Source: a bacterium
GTDB taxonomy: Bacteria; Electryoneota; B3-LCP
NCBI GenBank assembly: GCA_026394195.1
Contig: JAPKYS010000054.1
Location: 20,583-84,582, forward strand
DNA: 64,000 nt
Direction of reading: 5' to 3'
The notes beneath the pieces were generated by a model, which worked only from the letters and a program-made list of their open reading frames with translations, was not told the DNA's origin and searched no databases. A program made the translations under genes and the position numbers. How positions within the stretch are numbered: position 1 is the stretch's first letter; each line of letters starts with the position of its first letter. Below, piece after piece: positions 50,616 to 60,418 of this stretch.

Positions 50616-51754
50616 TGCAGCAATCTGGCAATCTCAACTCGCGCGTCATTGCGAGCGTAGCGAAGCAATCCGGTAGATATGGGAACGAGATTGCTTCGGC
50701 TCCTGCGGAGCCTCGCAATGACTGCAAAAGGTCAAGTTCTTTTGTTAATTGGATCTCCAGTAGCCTGAGGACAGCCCGAATTCTGATTCTCTCGATATTA
50801 ATTTTTATCTCGTTCTCTTCCGCCTCCCCCGCCGCTGCGTCAATCACCGCCTCTCTGCAGGGTCTCCCCGACTCCACCAAATTCGGTGACCCGCTGAAAC
50901 TTCAGATAACCGTAACCTCTCCCCCAGATGGCAAGATTCTGCTGCCGGATTGGACCAAGGCGCTGGAGCCTTTTGAACTACTATCCCCCCCAGACACTTC
51001 GCAGCAGCAGATTGTCAACGGACAGCGGCAATGGAACCTCAAGCTGAACGCCGTCTGCTACCAGGCGGGAGCGCAGGTCTTTAAATCCCTCACCTTCAAG
51101 TGGATTTCCGCTGACGGGTCCGTCATTGATTCTGCTGCGACTGACGTAAAGATCGTAGAGGTTCAGAATGTCATCCCCGATTCGATCTTGGCTGTCGCCG
51201 ATTCCACTCAGCAGCCGCATCACCTGCTGCGCCCCAACCGTCAGTGGAAGCTGGGTTACTCATTGGCTGATTTTTATATCTATATCCTGATTCTGTTCGG
51301 AGCAGCAGCAGCGTACTTTCTCATCCGCTGGTACCTGCGCAAGCGCCGCAGCAAGGTAGTGGAAGCGGTTGCAGGACCTCCTCCCGAACCGGCGCACGTC
51401 ATCGCCCTGCGAGCCCTTGACCACCTGCGCGACCAGCAGTTGTTCCAGGCAGGGCGCATCAAAGACTACTACAGCGAACTCAGCGAAATTTTGCGGCGCT
51501 ACTTCGAACTCCGCTTCGACGTCCCCGCCATGGAATCGACCAGTTTCCAGTTGTTGCGGGACATCGAAGTACATCTCGGAGATAAAGAACTGATCGCTTC
51601 TCTGGAAACACTGTTGACCGACGCCGATCTGGCCAAGTTCGCCAAGCACCAACCGAATGCGAATACCTGTCAGCAGGACCTCGAGCAAGCGTATACCCTG
51701 GTCAATCAGACCAAGCCCGCTCCTAAACCGCTCCTTTCCGAGGAGGCGGCATGA
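50612..51754 (+). CDS. Bat-operon membrane protein (between DUF58 and batA), with a palindromic element translated in its N-terminus
   Basis: ATGA overlaps at both ends. Ig-like region, TM helix, KDYYSELSEILRRYFE and ADLAKFAK. Confidence 0.85.
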   Translation: MMQQSGNLNSRVIASVAKQSGRYGNEIASAPAEPRNDCKRSSSFVNWISSSLRTARILILSILIFISFSSASPAAASITASLQGLPDSTKFGDPLKLQITVTSPPDGKILLPDWTKALEPFELLSPPDTSQQQIVNGQRQWNLKLNAVCYQAGAQVFKSLTFKWISADGSVIDSAATDVKIVEVQNVIPDSILAVADSTQQPHHLLRPNRQWKLGYSLADFYIYILILFGAAAAYFLIRWYLRKRRSKVVEAVAGPPPEPAHVIALRALDHLRDQQLFQAGRIKDYYSELSEILRRYFELRFDVPAMESTSFQLLRDIEVHLGDKELIASLETLLTDADLAKFAKHQPNANTCQQDLEQAYTLVNQTKPAPKPLLSEEAA

Positions 51755-52642
51755 TCGAATTTAAAGATCCGCTCTACCTGCTGCTGCTCCTTTTGATACC
51801 GATTTTCCTGATCTGGAACTACTTCCGAGGCAGCCGGCGCAAGGTGGCGATTAAATTCCCAACCTTGAATCTGATTAAATCGACCGGAGGTGGTGTAGGC
51901 GCGAAATACCGTCACCTGCTGACTCTGCTGCGCTACGCCGCGCTGATTCTGTTGATTTTCGCGCTGGCGAGACCGCAAAAACTCTCGCAGGAAAAGAACG
52001 TCCAGACCGAGGGCATCGACGTCATGCTGGCTCTGGATATTTCCACCAGTATGCTGGCTGAAGATTTCAAGCCCAAGAACCGCATCGAAGCGGCGAAACA
52101 GGTGGCTGAAGAGTTTATAGCAGGACGAAACTCTGATCAGATCGGTCTGGTGGTTTTCGCCGGTCAGAGCTTCACCCAATGCCCTTTGACCCTGGATTAT
52201 ACTCTGCTGAAACAACTCCTCGAACGGGTCAACGTCGAGCTGGTGACGGGCGGACAGATTGAGGACGGCACCGCCATCGGTATGGCGATCGCCAACGCGG
52301 TCAACCGTCTGCGAGCCTCTCAGGCCAAATCCCGCATCATCATCCTGCTGACCGACGGTCAGAACAACCGCGGGGAAATCGACCCCCAGACCGCGGCGGC
52401 AGCCGCGCAGGCTTTGGGGCTTCGCATTTACACTATCGACCGGCGGGAAATACTATCGCGCCAAAGACACGGAGGCTCTGCGGCGCATTTACAGCGACAT
52501 CGACCGGCTGGAAAAAAGCAAGATCCGGGTGCACCAGTATCGCCAGAAATCTGAATTATTCCTCCCTTATCTGGCTGTAGCGCTGCTGCTTCTACTGGCA
52601 GAAATATCACTCTCTTCGACTCGCCTGAGGACCATGCCATGA
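51751..52642 (+). pseudogene. batA: BatA vWA-domain protein disrupted by an internal deletion and frameshift
   Basis: ALARPQ, MIDAS DISTSM, GTAIG, LLTDG up to IYTI. The C-terminus (TGGKYYRA..IDRLEKS..RTMP*) resumes in another frame at 52439 and ends in an ATGA overlap with batB. Confidence 0.85.
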
Positions 52643-53679
52643 TTCGCTGGGGTTATCCACAGTTTTTTTATCTGCTGCTGTTGCTGCCCATATTGGGTGT
52701 ATTTCTGTTTATTATCAAACGGCGCAAGAATCGGCAGCTCAGGGATGCTTTCGCCTCCTCGACGCTGCTGGCTATGATCGCACCGGGGATATCGTTCACC
52801 CGACAAAGCCTTAAAGACGTCTTGTTGCTGGTCGCGCTGCTCTTCATGATCATAGCGCTGGCAGATCCTCAGGTGGGCACGCGCATCGAACAGATCAAGC
52901 GGGAAGGTATCGATCTGGTGATTGCGGTGGACGTCTCCTATTCGATGCTGGCGAAGGATATCGCGCCTTCCCGCCTGGAAAAAGCCAAGCATGAAATCCG
53001 CAGTCTGCTGGATCGTCTGCAGGGTGACCGGGTGGCGCTGGTGGCGTTTTCCGGGAAGGCGATCGTCGAATGTCCGCTGACGCTCGACTACGGAGCGGCG
53101 GAAATTTTTCTGGACGTGATCGACCCCACTCTGATATCCATGCCCGGCACTTCGCTGGCCGCAGCGATACGCACCTCGCTGAAAGCCTTCGCGGAGGACA
53201 GCCCTGCCAGCAAAGCCATGGTGCTCATCACCGATGGTGAAGATCATGAACAACAGGTAGATGAAGCCATCAAGGAAGCCAAAGCCAAGGGAGTTATCAT
53301 CCACGCCGTGGGGATCGGTTCGGTACAAGGCGTGCCGATTCCTGCCGGAGATCTGGGAGGCGACTTCAAAAAAGACCGGCAGGGCAACGTGGTGGTCACC
53401 AAGTTGGATGAAGCGATTCTGCAGCAGATCGTCTCCGAAACCGGAGGTGTGTATCAGCGCTGCAGCAGCAGCGAAGACGAATTGAAAGCCATCACCAACG
53501 CTATCGCCGGGTTGGAAAAGGGTGAGTTGGGATCAAAACAATTCACTCAATATGAGCATCGCTATCAACCCTTCCTGGTGGCTGCCCTCATCCTGCTGGT
53601 TCTGGAATTCCTGACCTCGGATCGCCGCAGACGGCTGCCGCGCTTCTTAAGAATCCTCTTTGCGGAGGAACAGAAATGA
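52639..53679 (+). CDS. batB: BatB vWA-domain protein
   Basis: ALADPQ, DVSYSM..PSRLEKAK, PLTLDY, ITDGEDHE, VVVTKLDE. Confidence 0.9.
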   Translation: MIRWGYPQFFYLLLLLPILGVFLFIIKRRKNRQLRDAFASSTLLAMIAPGISFTRQSLKDVLLLVALLFMIIALADPQVGTRIEQIKREGIDLVIAVDVSYSMLAKDIAPSRLEKAKHEIRSLLDRLQGDRVALVAFSGKAIVECPLTLDYGAAEIFLDVIDPTLISMPGTSLAAAIRTSLKAFAEDSPASKAMVLITDGEDHEQQVDEAIKEAKAKGVIIHAVGIGSVQGVPIPAGDLGGDFKKDRQGNVVVTKLDEAILQQIVSETGGVYQRCSSSEDELKAITNAIAGLEKGELGSKQFTQYEHRYQPFLVAALILLVLEFLTSDRRRRLPRFLRILFAEEQK

Positions 53680-54437
53680 TCAAACGCATAATACTGATTA
53701 TCACGGCGTTGGCTCTGTTGACGTCAATGGCATCAGCCTCCTGGCGCGGCAAAGTGCGCACCGGAGATAAGCTTTACGAACAAGGTAAATACGATGATGC
53801 GTTGGTCAAATATCTCGAAGGCTTGAGTCAAAAAGGAGACTCGGCGCGCATCGGCTACGACCTGGGCAACGTCTTTCAGGGGCAGGAAAAATTCAAGGAA
53901 GCCGGGCAAGCCTTCCAGGGAAATATGGCGCGACGCGACAGCCTGGGTCGAGCGGACGCGCTTTACAACCTGGGCAATGCCCTCTTCGGTGAACAGAAAT
54001 ATCAGGACGCTGCCCAGGCATACAAATCCGCCCTGAAGCTGAAACCGGCTCAAACCGACTACCTGCACAATCTGGCTTTGGCGGAAAAATTGATCCAGAA
54101 ACAGCAGCAACAACAGAAAAACAAAGACAACAAGGATCAGAAAGACCAGAAACAGGATCAACAGCAGAATCAGGATAAGCAGAAGCAGGATCAACAAAAA
54201 CAAGACCAGCAAAAACAACAGGATCAGAAGAACCAGCAGGAACAAGATCAAGCACAACAGAACCAGGATCAAAAGAAAGACCAGGATCAGCAACAGCAAC
54301 AACCCTTGCAGGCTCAGCAGATGTCCAAAGAGGACGCTCTGAGACTACTGAACGCCATCCAGAGCGACGAAAAGCGCGTACAGGAAAACCTGCACAAACA
54401 ACCCGTCACCGAAGGCGGAGTCGCCAAGGATTGGTAA
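53676..54437 (+). CDS. batC: BatC TPR protein with a Q/K/D-rich linker
   Basis: YNLGNAL..A..AYKSALK, poly-Q linker, A.RLLNAI...KDW. Confidence 0.9.
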   Translation: MIKRIILIITALALLTSMASASWRGKVRTGDKLYEQGKYDDALVKYLEGLSQKGDSARIGYDLGNVFQGQEKFKEAGQAFQGNMARRDSLGRADALYNLGNALFGEQKYQDAAQAYKSALKLKPAQTDYLHNLALAEKLIQKQQQQQKNKDNKDQKDQKQDQQQNQDKQKQDQQKQDQQKQQDQKNQQEQDQAQQNQDQKKDQDQQQQQPLQAQQMSKEDALRLLNAIQSDEKRVQENLHKQPVTEGGVAKDW

Positions 54438-54475
54438 ATACTGAATTGAATCTATTCCAGGTACAACCAAAAACC

Positions 54476-56317
54476 ATGCGCAGGATTATTTTACTTACAG
54501 CGATTATTCTCCTCGCCTACGGGTGCGCAGCCTCTGCCGCAGAAATAAATTTCCGCGCCGCCACAGACCGCAATACCCTAAGCATGTCCGAGTCGCTGAC
54601 GCTTAGCTTTCATCTCGAAGGCAAGATGTCCAACGTCCCCGATCCGCAAATGCCGGATCTTTCCGATTGGAACGTCCTGTCCGGACCCAATGAATCTTCA
54701 TCGTTCCAATTCATCAACGGGCAGACGTCGTACAGCAAAGACTGGAGTTTCGTCCTTAATCCTAAACGCGCCGGGCAGTTGACCATCGGTTCTGCGCTGC
54801 TGACCATAAAGAATCTGACCTATCGCACCGATCCGATCACCGTCACCGTGTCGGGGCAAGCCAGCCCTGCTCCGTCGTCAGCACAGCCCCTGCCGACGCC
54901 GCCAAGTTCGGCTCCGCAGAGCGGCAGCGAACCCTCTGAACTTTTCGTGCGCGTCAACGCTGACAACACCAATATCTATCAAAATCAACAGGTGATTCTC
55001 ACCTATACCATCTATACACGGGTCAATGTCAACGGCTTTGAGGTCAGCAAGCTGCCCAGCACTCCCGGATTCTGGCAGGAGGATTTTCAACAGGCTCAGC
55101 AACCGCCGGTTCGGGATGAAGTCATCTCTGGGCGGCATTACCGCGCCGCCCAGATCAGGCAAGTGGCTCTATTCCCCACCCGCTCAGGGGATCTGACCAT
55201 CGATCCTCTGGAGGTCACCTGTCAGGTTCAGATGCAGGACACGCAGCGTCGCCGCCGCGACCCCTTCGACATGTTCTTCGACAGCCCCTTCGCAGGCTAC
55301 CGCACTGAAAAACGGGTGGTATCCACGCAACCATTGACACTGCACGTCAAACCGCTCCCTGAAGATGGTAGACCTGCTGATTATTCCGGATCGGTCGGCG
55401 ATTTTAATCTGATAGTCGACCTGGATAAACAGGCAGTCAAGACCAATGAAGCCCTGACCATGACCGTCAGGTTCAACGGCAGCGGCAATATAAAAGCTCT
55501 ACCTAAACCAAATTTTAGCGCGCCGTCCGATTTCGAAGCCTACGATCCCAAGGAATCGGTGCAGGTCGATAAATCCGGCGGCAGAGTGACCGGCACCAAA
55601 ACCTTCGAATACATACTCATCCCACGCGCACCCGGCAAGACTCGTCTTCCACCGATCAGCTTTTCCTATTTTGATCCAGCCTCGAGAAGTTACCGTACTC
55701 TGACAGGCGGCGGCTATGACCTTGAAGTGGCAAAGGGGTCGGGAGAATTGGCGTCATCTGTCCCCGGAATAGCCCGGGAAGACGTGAAACTGCTGGCAGA
55801 GGACATCCATTACCTTAAGACACCCCAACGGCTGCTGCGCATCGGACCTCCTCGTGACCTTTCATTCGGCTATTGGGCCTTAATGATCCTTCCACCGCTG
55901 CTGGCGCTGCTCTTATGGTGGGGGGCACGCATGCTGGGCGGAGCCGCCTTACAAGCAAAATTGCGCTCGCACAAGGCATATGATCGAGCAAAACGCCAAA
56001 TGCGTGAGATCGGCAAAACGTCTGCAAGCAGCAAGCCGGAAATCGTTTTCGGCGGCGTGCACAAGATTCTGATGGATTTCATCAGCGAAAAACTGAATGC
56101 TCCCGCTTCAGGTTTGAAGGAAGAGGAAATCCTGGAAAAAATCGCCGAAAACCAGATCGAAGCGGCGATGGTCGAAGAAGTGAAGAACGTTTTTCTCGAA
56201 TGCAACTTCGCCCGATTTACCTCCGGTAACGTGGAGGCACAGCAAAAAGACCAAATCGTCAGGCGTGCTGAACAGATCGTAGAACACATTGAGATTTACT
56301 GGGGAGGCAAGTCATGA
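54476..56317 (+). CDS. batD: BatD-family protein
   Basis: Signal peptide from ATG 54476; SGPNESSSFQFING, ALFPTRSG.LTI, SVGDF, GSGNIK, FSYFDP. Confidence 0.9.
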   Translation: MRRIILLTAIILLAYGCAASAAEINFRAATDRNTLSMSESLTLSFHLEGKMSNVPDPQMPDLSDWNVLSGPNESSSFQFINGQTSYSKDWSFVLNPKRAGQLTIGSALLTIKNLTYRTDPITVTVSGQASPAPSSAQPLPTPPSSAPQSGSEPSELFVRVNADNTNIYQNQQVILTYTIYTRVNVNGFEVSKLPSTPGFWQEDFQQAQQPPVRDEVISGRHYRAAQIRQVALFPTRSGDLTIDPLEVTCQVQMQDTQRRRRDPFDMFFDSPFAGYRTEKRVVSTQPLTLHVKPLPEDGRPADYSGSVGDFNLIVDLDKQAVKTNEALTMTVRFNGSGNIKALPKPNFSAPSDFEAYDPKESVQVDKSGGRVTGTKTFEYILIPRAPGKTRLPPISFSYFDPASRSYRTLTGGGYDLEVAKGSGELASSVPGIAREDVKLLAEDIHYLKTPQRLLRIGPPRDLSFGYWALMILPPLLALLLWWGARMLGGAALQAKLRSHKAYDRAKRQMREIGKTSASSKPEIVFGGVHKILMDFISEKLNAPASGLKEEEILEKIAENQIEAAMVEEVKNVFLECNFARFTSGNVEAQQKDQIVRRAEQIVEHIEIYWGGKS

Positions 56318-57090
56318 AGAGACCTTCGATGCCTTTCCGGTGCGCACTGTTGATCGCAGGACTGCTGACGATTGCGCTGGTTGCGGCGGCTCAGAACCCG
56401 CAAGGAGATCTCGGCGCCGCTGAAAAGCTGTACCGATCGGGTGATTATCAGGGCGCCGCCGACGTTTACCAGAACCTGCTGCGCCAGGGGTGGGCTAACG
56501 GTGAATTATACTACAATCTCGGCAACTGCTTCTTCAAGACGGGCAGATACGGCCAAGCTATCCTGAATTACGAACGAGCCCGCCTCTTTCTCGGCAAGGA
56601 CCCCGATCTGGAAATCAACCTGAAGCTCGCCAATTTGAGGATTTTCGACCGAATCGAACCACTGCCGCGAGTTTTCTTTATCAAGATCGTTGAATCGGTG
56701 GGAGGCTGGTTCTCGGTGCGCCGCTGGGGAACGTTTCTCATCGCCATCGAGTGGCTGCTGCTGGCTTGCCTGGTCGCTCTGCATCTGCTGCGTGACCCTA
56801 AAGCGCGCAAGCTGTTCGTGGGTGGATTTTTTGTTTTGGCGACCGCAATGATCATTGCGGGTGGATTTTTCTGGTTGGAAAAAATCAGCCAGGATCGCAG
56901 GACTGAGGCTATTGTTCTGGTGAACAAAGCTGACGTGCGCAGCGCCCCCGAAGCTGGGGCAACCGAGCTTTTCACCCTGCACGACGGAGCCAAATTGACA
57001 GTCTTGCGGGAGGTATCGGGCTGGGCGGAAATTCGACTTGCCGATGGCAAACAGGGCTGGCTGCAATTGACGGCTTTCGAGGAAATTTAG
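56314..57090 (+). CDS. batE: BatE TPR + SH3 protein
   Basis: LYYNLGNCFFK..G.AILNYERA, two TM segments, LFTLHDGAK..W.EIRLADGKQGW. Confidence 0.92.
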   Translation: MKRPSMPFRCALLIAGLLTIALVAAAQNPQGDLGAAEKLYRSGDYQGAADVYQNLLRQGWANGELYYNLGNCFFKTGRYGQAILNYERARLFLGKDPDLEINLKLANLRIFDRIEPLPRVFFIKIVESVGGWFSVRRWGTFLIAIEWLLLACLVALHLLRDPKARKLFVGGFFVLATAMIIAGGFFWLEKISQDRRTEAIVLVNKADVRSAPEAGATELFTLHDGAKLTVLREVSGWAEIRLADGKQGWLQLTAFEEI

Positions 57091-57119
57091 GGCAGAATCA
57101 CGTACTTTCGAGGGGAACC

Positions 57120-57647
57120 ATGACCAAACCATCCAGACTGCCAACCGTTCAGATCATCTGCATCATGGCAGCAGCCGGGCTGCTGCTAACATCCTGCGCC
57201 CCTACCAAGCCTTCAGCATTGCAGAACGGCAGTACTCCAATAGCTGAAACGGTTCGCGTCCAACAGGATGAAAGCCTCGATCCTCTGACGCTCGGCGGAA
57301 AAGACGTCATCACCTTTCCGGACGTCCGGAAACCGCTGGCTCTGCCCTCACCAGCGCCTGATTCGCTTAAAAAGGCGGCATGTAATCAGCAGGCCGTTGA
57401 GATGTCCGGTTTTCGCGTGCAGCTTTACGCATCAGACTTTGAAGAGGAAGCCAGGAGCTACGAGGAGCGGGCGCTCCTGGATTTCAACGAGAATGTCTAT
57501 CTGACCTTCGACGTACCGATGTACAAGATCAGGATCGGCGATTGCCGAACCCGTGCGGAAGCCAATTTAATCCGGCAGGAAGCGGAGAACAAGGGTTATG
57601 CCGGAGCCTGGGTGGTGCGCTGCAAGGTTCTGGTTACGGATCCTTGA
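57120..57647 (+). CDS. SPOR-domain lipoprotein
   Basis: Lipobox LTSC; GFRVQL..YKIRIGD..R.EA..GY.GAWVV. Confidence 0.88.
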   Translation: MTKPSRLPTVQIICIMAAAGLLLTSCAPTKPSALQNGSTPIAETVRVQQDESLDPLTLGGKDVITFPDVRKPLALPSPAPDSLKKAACNQQAVEMSGFRVQLYASDFEEEARSYEERALLDFNENVYLTFDVPMYKIRIGDCRTRAEANLIRQEAENKGYAGAWVVRCKVLVTDP

Positions 57648-59208
57648 AATAAACGGGATTAGTGTAACACGCCTTGCCTTTGTTCGTCATTACTTCCATG
57701 CGTAGGTAACCATCTTTGACTGAAAGAGCTGCTCTTCCGGTATACTGTGTGCTCCCCACACTGCTCACCTCCAGTACAGTAGACTCCCTCAATTCGCCAA
57801 ATTGACCATGCAGCAGTCTTACCGACTCGATATCACCGAATTCCGGTGAGCTGATCGCCTGTGCGACGGCACTTTGCTTATCATCCGTCCCCCTTTGCAG
57901 CTCAACTCCAGCAAAAGGTCCATTGCTGATCAGCGAAGGTTGAAGTTTCAACGCCTCCAGCAAATTTTCCGAGTTCAGATGCTTCTCCAATTTAACGCCG
58001 GTCCAAACGCAGCCGAAAAGCTGTTCATTAGACTCTACCAGGCGCAGCATGGGAAAACCTACCTGCCGGAAGCGGTTGAAATTGCCGTGAGCGTCGCTGC
58101 CCGCCACGATCTTCCAGCGCCTCCCCTGCAGTAATCCCTCGACCCAGACTTGCAGCCCTGCGCGAAAACCCGCATCGAAGGCTCCGTTGCAGACCTGCAA
58201 TCCCCAGAGTTCAGGATCATGAAGATCGTTCATCTCCCAACGCCCACGGCGCAGCAGCAGTTTTTCCAGCAATGGTGGACGCATTCGCGGGTGAGCTGCC
58301 ACGGCCAGCGTCCCGACATCGAGTCTTTGCAAAGCCTCCGCAGCATTTAACTCGCAGGTGGTGATTAACCAGCGTTCGGCTGAATCGCCGGTTCCCGGGA
58401 GAAAAGTTTGCTGGTTGATCAGCAGCAGATGAACGTTCCGGTCCCGGGAATTGCTCACCGAAAGCTCGTACCCGGGCAGTAAGACGAAGCGTCCGGATTC
58501 GGTTTTCGCGAGGCGATCAAGATGATCGGCTCGGGCGCGGTAGCGGCGCAGTTCCGGATCGATTTTATAGTACGACCCGGGCTGGTCGTCAAGGTCATAG
58601 GAGTGATCTGCCGCGAAAGCGAAAGAGCAGCCCATCGCCGGTCCCAACGCCGGGTAAGCTATCAGCGGCGCACCGAATTCGACCTGATCTTCCGTATAGA
58701 CGGTATGGACGTGCATATCACCAAATACCCAGCCCGGTTTCGCCGGCAGCGGACGTCCGGATTGTGTAACTTCAAGCGCACGGTGCGATAACCCGGGAAG
58801 ATTGTCCGTCCAGAACTGGTGACTCCTCCCATTAATCCGAACCTGCCATCTGACCGAGACCTTCCAGATGCAGGGGGCAGCGTCCGGCAGTTCGATCCAC
58901 TCGATATGCTGCCAAAAGTGATCACGGATTTCTTGAGTTGGAAGGGTTATTGGCTGATCAAATTGGAGATGACCGCAGTCTGCGTGGACGTCGACCTTTT
59001 CCAGGGTTACCGGGGATCGGTCAGCATCCTTTACTATCAGCAACACCGGCAGAGACTGCCCGGGGTCGAGACGATAGGGTGCATCGGCGATTATTTCCGG
59101 CTGACGGCGAAAATAGCGGCAGAAAGGAAAGAGCTTGAAACGGTAGTGTATCTCAGGATAGAGAGCAATCAACGGGAGCAGGCGGGTGAGCGGCTCATCG
59201 AGGATCAT
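57634..59208 (-). CDS. PHP-domain metallohydrolase (CehA/McbA-like)
   Basis: GDMHVHT, ADH, GYE, VHLL, AAHP, AGSDAH, ISNGP, YTNPVY. Confidence 0.85.
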   Translation of the reverse strand: MILDEPLTRLLPLIALYPEIHYRFKLFPFCRYFRRQPEIIADAPYRLDPGQSLPVLLIVKDADRSPVTLEKVDVHADCGHLQFDQPITLPTQEIRDHFWQHIEWIELPDAAPCIWKVSVRWQVRINGRSHQFWTDNLPGLSHRALEVTQSGRPLPAKPGWVFGDMHVHTVYTEDQVEFGAPLIAYPALGPAMGCSFAFAADHSYDLDDQPGSYYKIDPELRRYRARADHLDRLAKTESGRFVLLPGYELSVSNSRDRNVHLLLINQQTFLPGTGDSAERWLITTCELNAAEALQRLDVGTLAVAAHPRMRPPLLEKLLLRRGRWEMNDLHDPELWGLQVCNGAFDAGFRAGLQVWVEGLLQGRRWKIVAGSDAHGNFNRFRQVGFPMLRLVESNEQLFGCVWTGVKLEKHLNSENLLEALKLQPSLISNGPFAGVELQRGTDDKQSAVAQAISSPEFGDIESVRLLHGQFGELRESTVLEVSSVGSTQYTGRAALSVKDGYLRMEVMTNKGKACYTNPVYFKDP

Positions 59209-60173
59209 CTAAGAGTACCAAGGGAACGGGGACGGCGGCGGCGATAATAAAAGTACTTGACACCCCAGGGAAGAAACGAGGCAAAATAGCGGTCGAAGCG
59301 ATAAGGAAGCGACGGCGCCAGGTAGCAGTTGATCGTACATCCATCGCAAAAATCTTCCCTGCCTTCTCGCTGCAGAGCTATTTTTCGCTCGGGGCTCTTT
59401 AAGACCTCCAACAACTTGCCGCGAATGGGAAGATGCTCACTCGCGTGATGGAAACAGGGGAGCAGCAGTTCATCCTTCGGAGATATGACGATCGCCGCGG
59501 AGACGGCTTTGCAGCGTGGACGGTGGATGCTGTTGCCGCCTCCCTGCATTAACTTCATCACCCCACCGTTCAAATAGACGTACGGCCTGCGACAGAGTTG
59601 CGCCAATTCCTTTAATTCCTGAATGTCCAACTCCCCCGTTCCGCCACCGATGGCAAACGCCGGGTTTACGATCAAGATCAATCCCAGCCGCTGCGCCAGC
59701 TCCGCCAGCGGAATCACTTCGCGGTAATTTTGGCGCGAAGCGGTGAAAAGGAGGTCGGGACGCTCGCCCAGCGCCAGGGCGGTGTGAATGGCTTCTATGA
59801 CGCTGTCATAAGAAGAGACCCCCCGCATCCGGTCCTGCACCTCACGGGTTGCTCCATCAATCGATATATGCAGCAGATTGACCAGACCGGATAATTCACG
59901 GCTGCGCTTGGTGTAGAGCAGCCCGTTGGTCGTGACCGTTGTCATCAATCCACCAGCACGCGCCGCCTTCAAAAATAGCGGTAAATCCGGGTGTAGCAGC
60001 GGTTCCCCGCCGGTGAAGTCAACGATGCGTACTCCCGCTTCGGGGAGTTGGCGCAGGTTGGATAGAACCGCATGGCCGGACGCCAGTGTTTTGTCGGCAC
60101 CCTGCCAGATGTTGCAAAAGCTGCACTTGGAATTGCAGCGTAGAGTCAGGTAATAATTGCAGACTAAAGGCAT
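59205..60173 (-). CDS. Radical SAM protein
   Basis: CNSKCSFC, DFTGGEPLL, TTNG, ISIDG, and a C-terminal Cys cluster (C..PC..CDGCTINC). Confidence 0.93.
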   Translation of the reverse strand: MPLVCNYYLTLRCNSKCSFCNIWQGADKTLASGHAVLSNLRQLPEAGVRIVDFTGGEPLLHPDLPLFLKAARAGGLMTTVTTNGLLYTKRSRELSGLVNLLHISIDGATREVQDRMRGVSSYDSVIEAIHTALALGERPDLLFTASRQNYREVIPLAELAQRLGLILIVNPAFAIGGGTGELDIQELKELAQLCRRPYVYLNGGVMKLMQGGGNSIHRPRCKAVSAAIVISPKDELLLPCFHHASEHLPIRGKLLEVLKSPERKIALQREGREDFCDGCTINCYLAPSLPYRFDRYFASFLPWGVKYFYYRRRRPRSLGTLR

Positions 60174-60227
60174 CGAGTTCTTCGCAATGAGTTCATGATG
60201 TCAGTGGACGGATGAAAAATTGTTTTC

Positions 60228-60339
60228 GTCCCCGCAGGGGACTGAAGCAACGTAGCCCGAGAATTCATTCCCGGGGATTAATCAAAGTCAGAGACGCCCC
60301 GACTATGTTGCTGTGTAGGGGCGCAGCATGCTGCGCCCT
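60228..60339. repeat. Palindromic elements
   Basis: GTCCCCGCAGGGGAC..CCCGAGAATTCATTCCCGGG (related to 10150-10199), then GTAGGGGCGCAGCATGCTGCGCCC. Confidence 0.85.
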
Positions 60340-60418
60340 GTTAAAACGGGAATTCTATCCTGTCAATTTAATTAGTCAGCTGCCATCAACCTTGGGGGTG
60401 AGGTTCTGGTATAATAAC

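Noticed and set aside
53733-54302. Poly-Leu 189-aa minus-strand ORF
   Set aside because: Antisense of the Gln/Lys/Asp-rich BatC linker.
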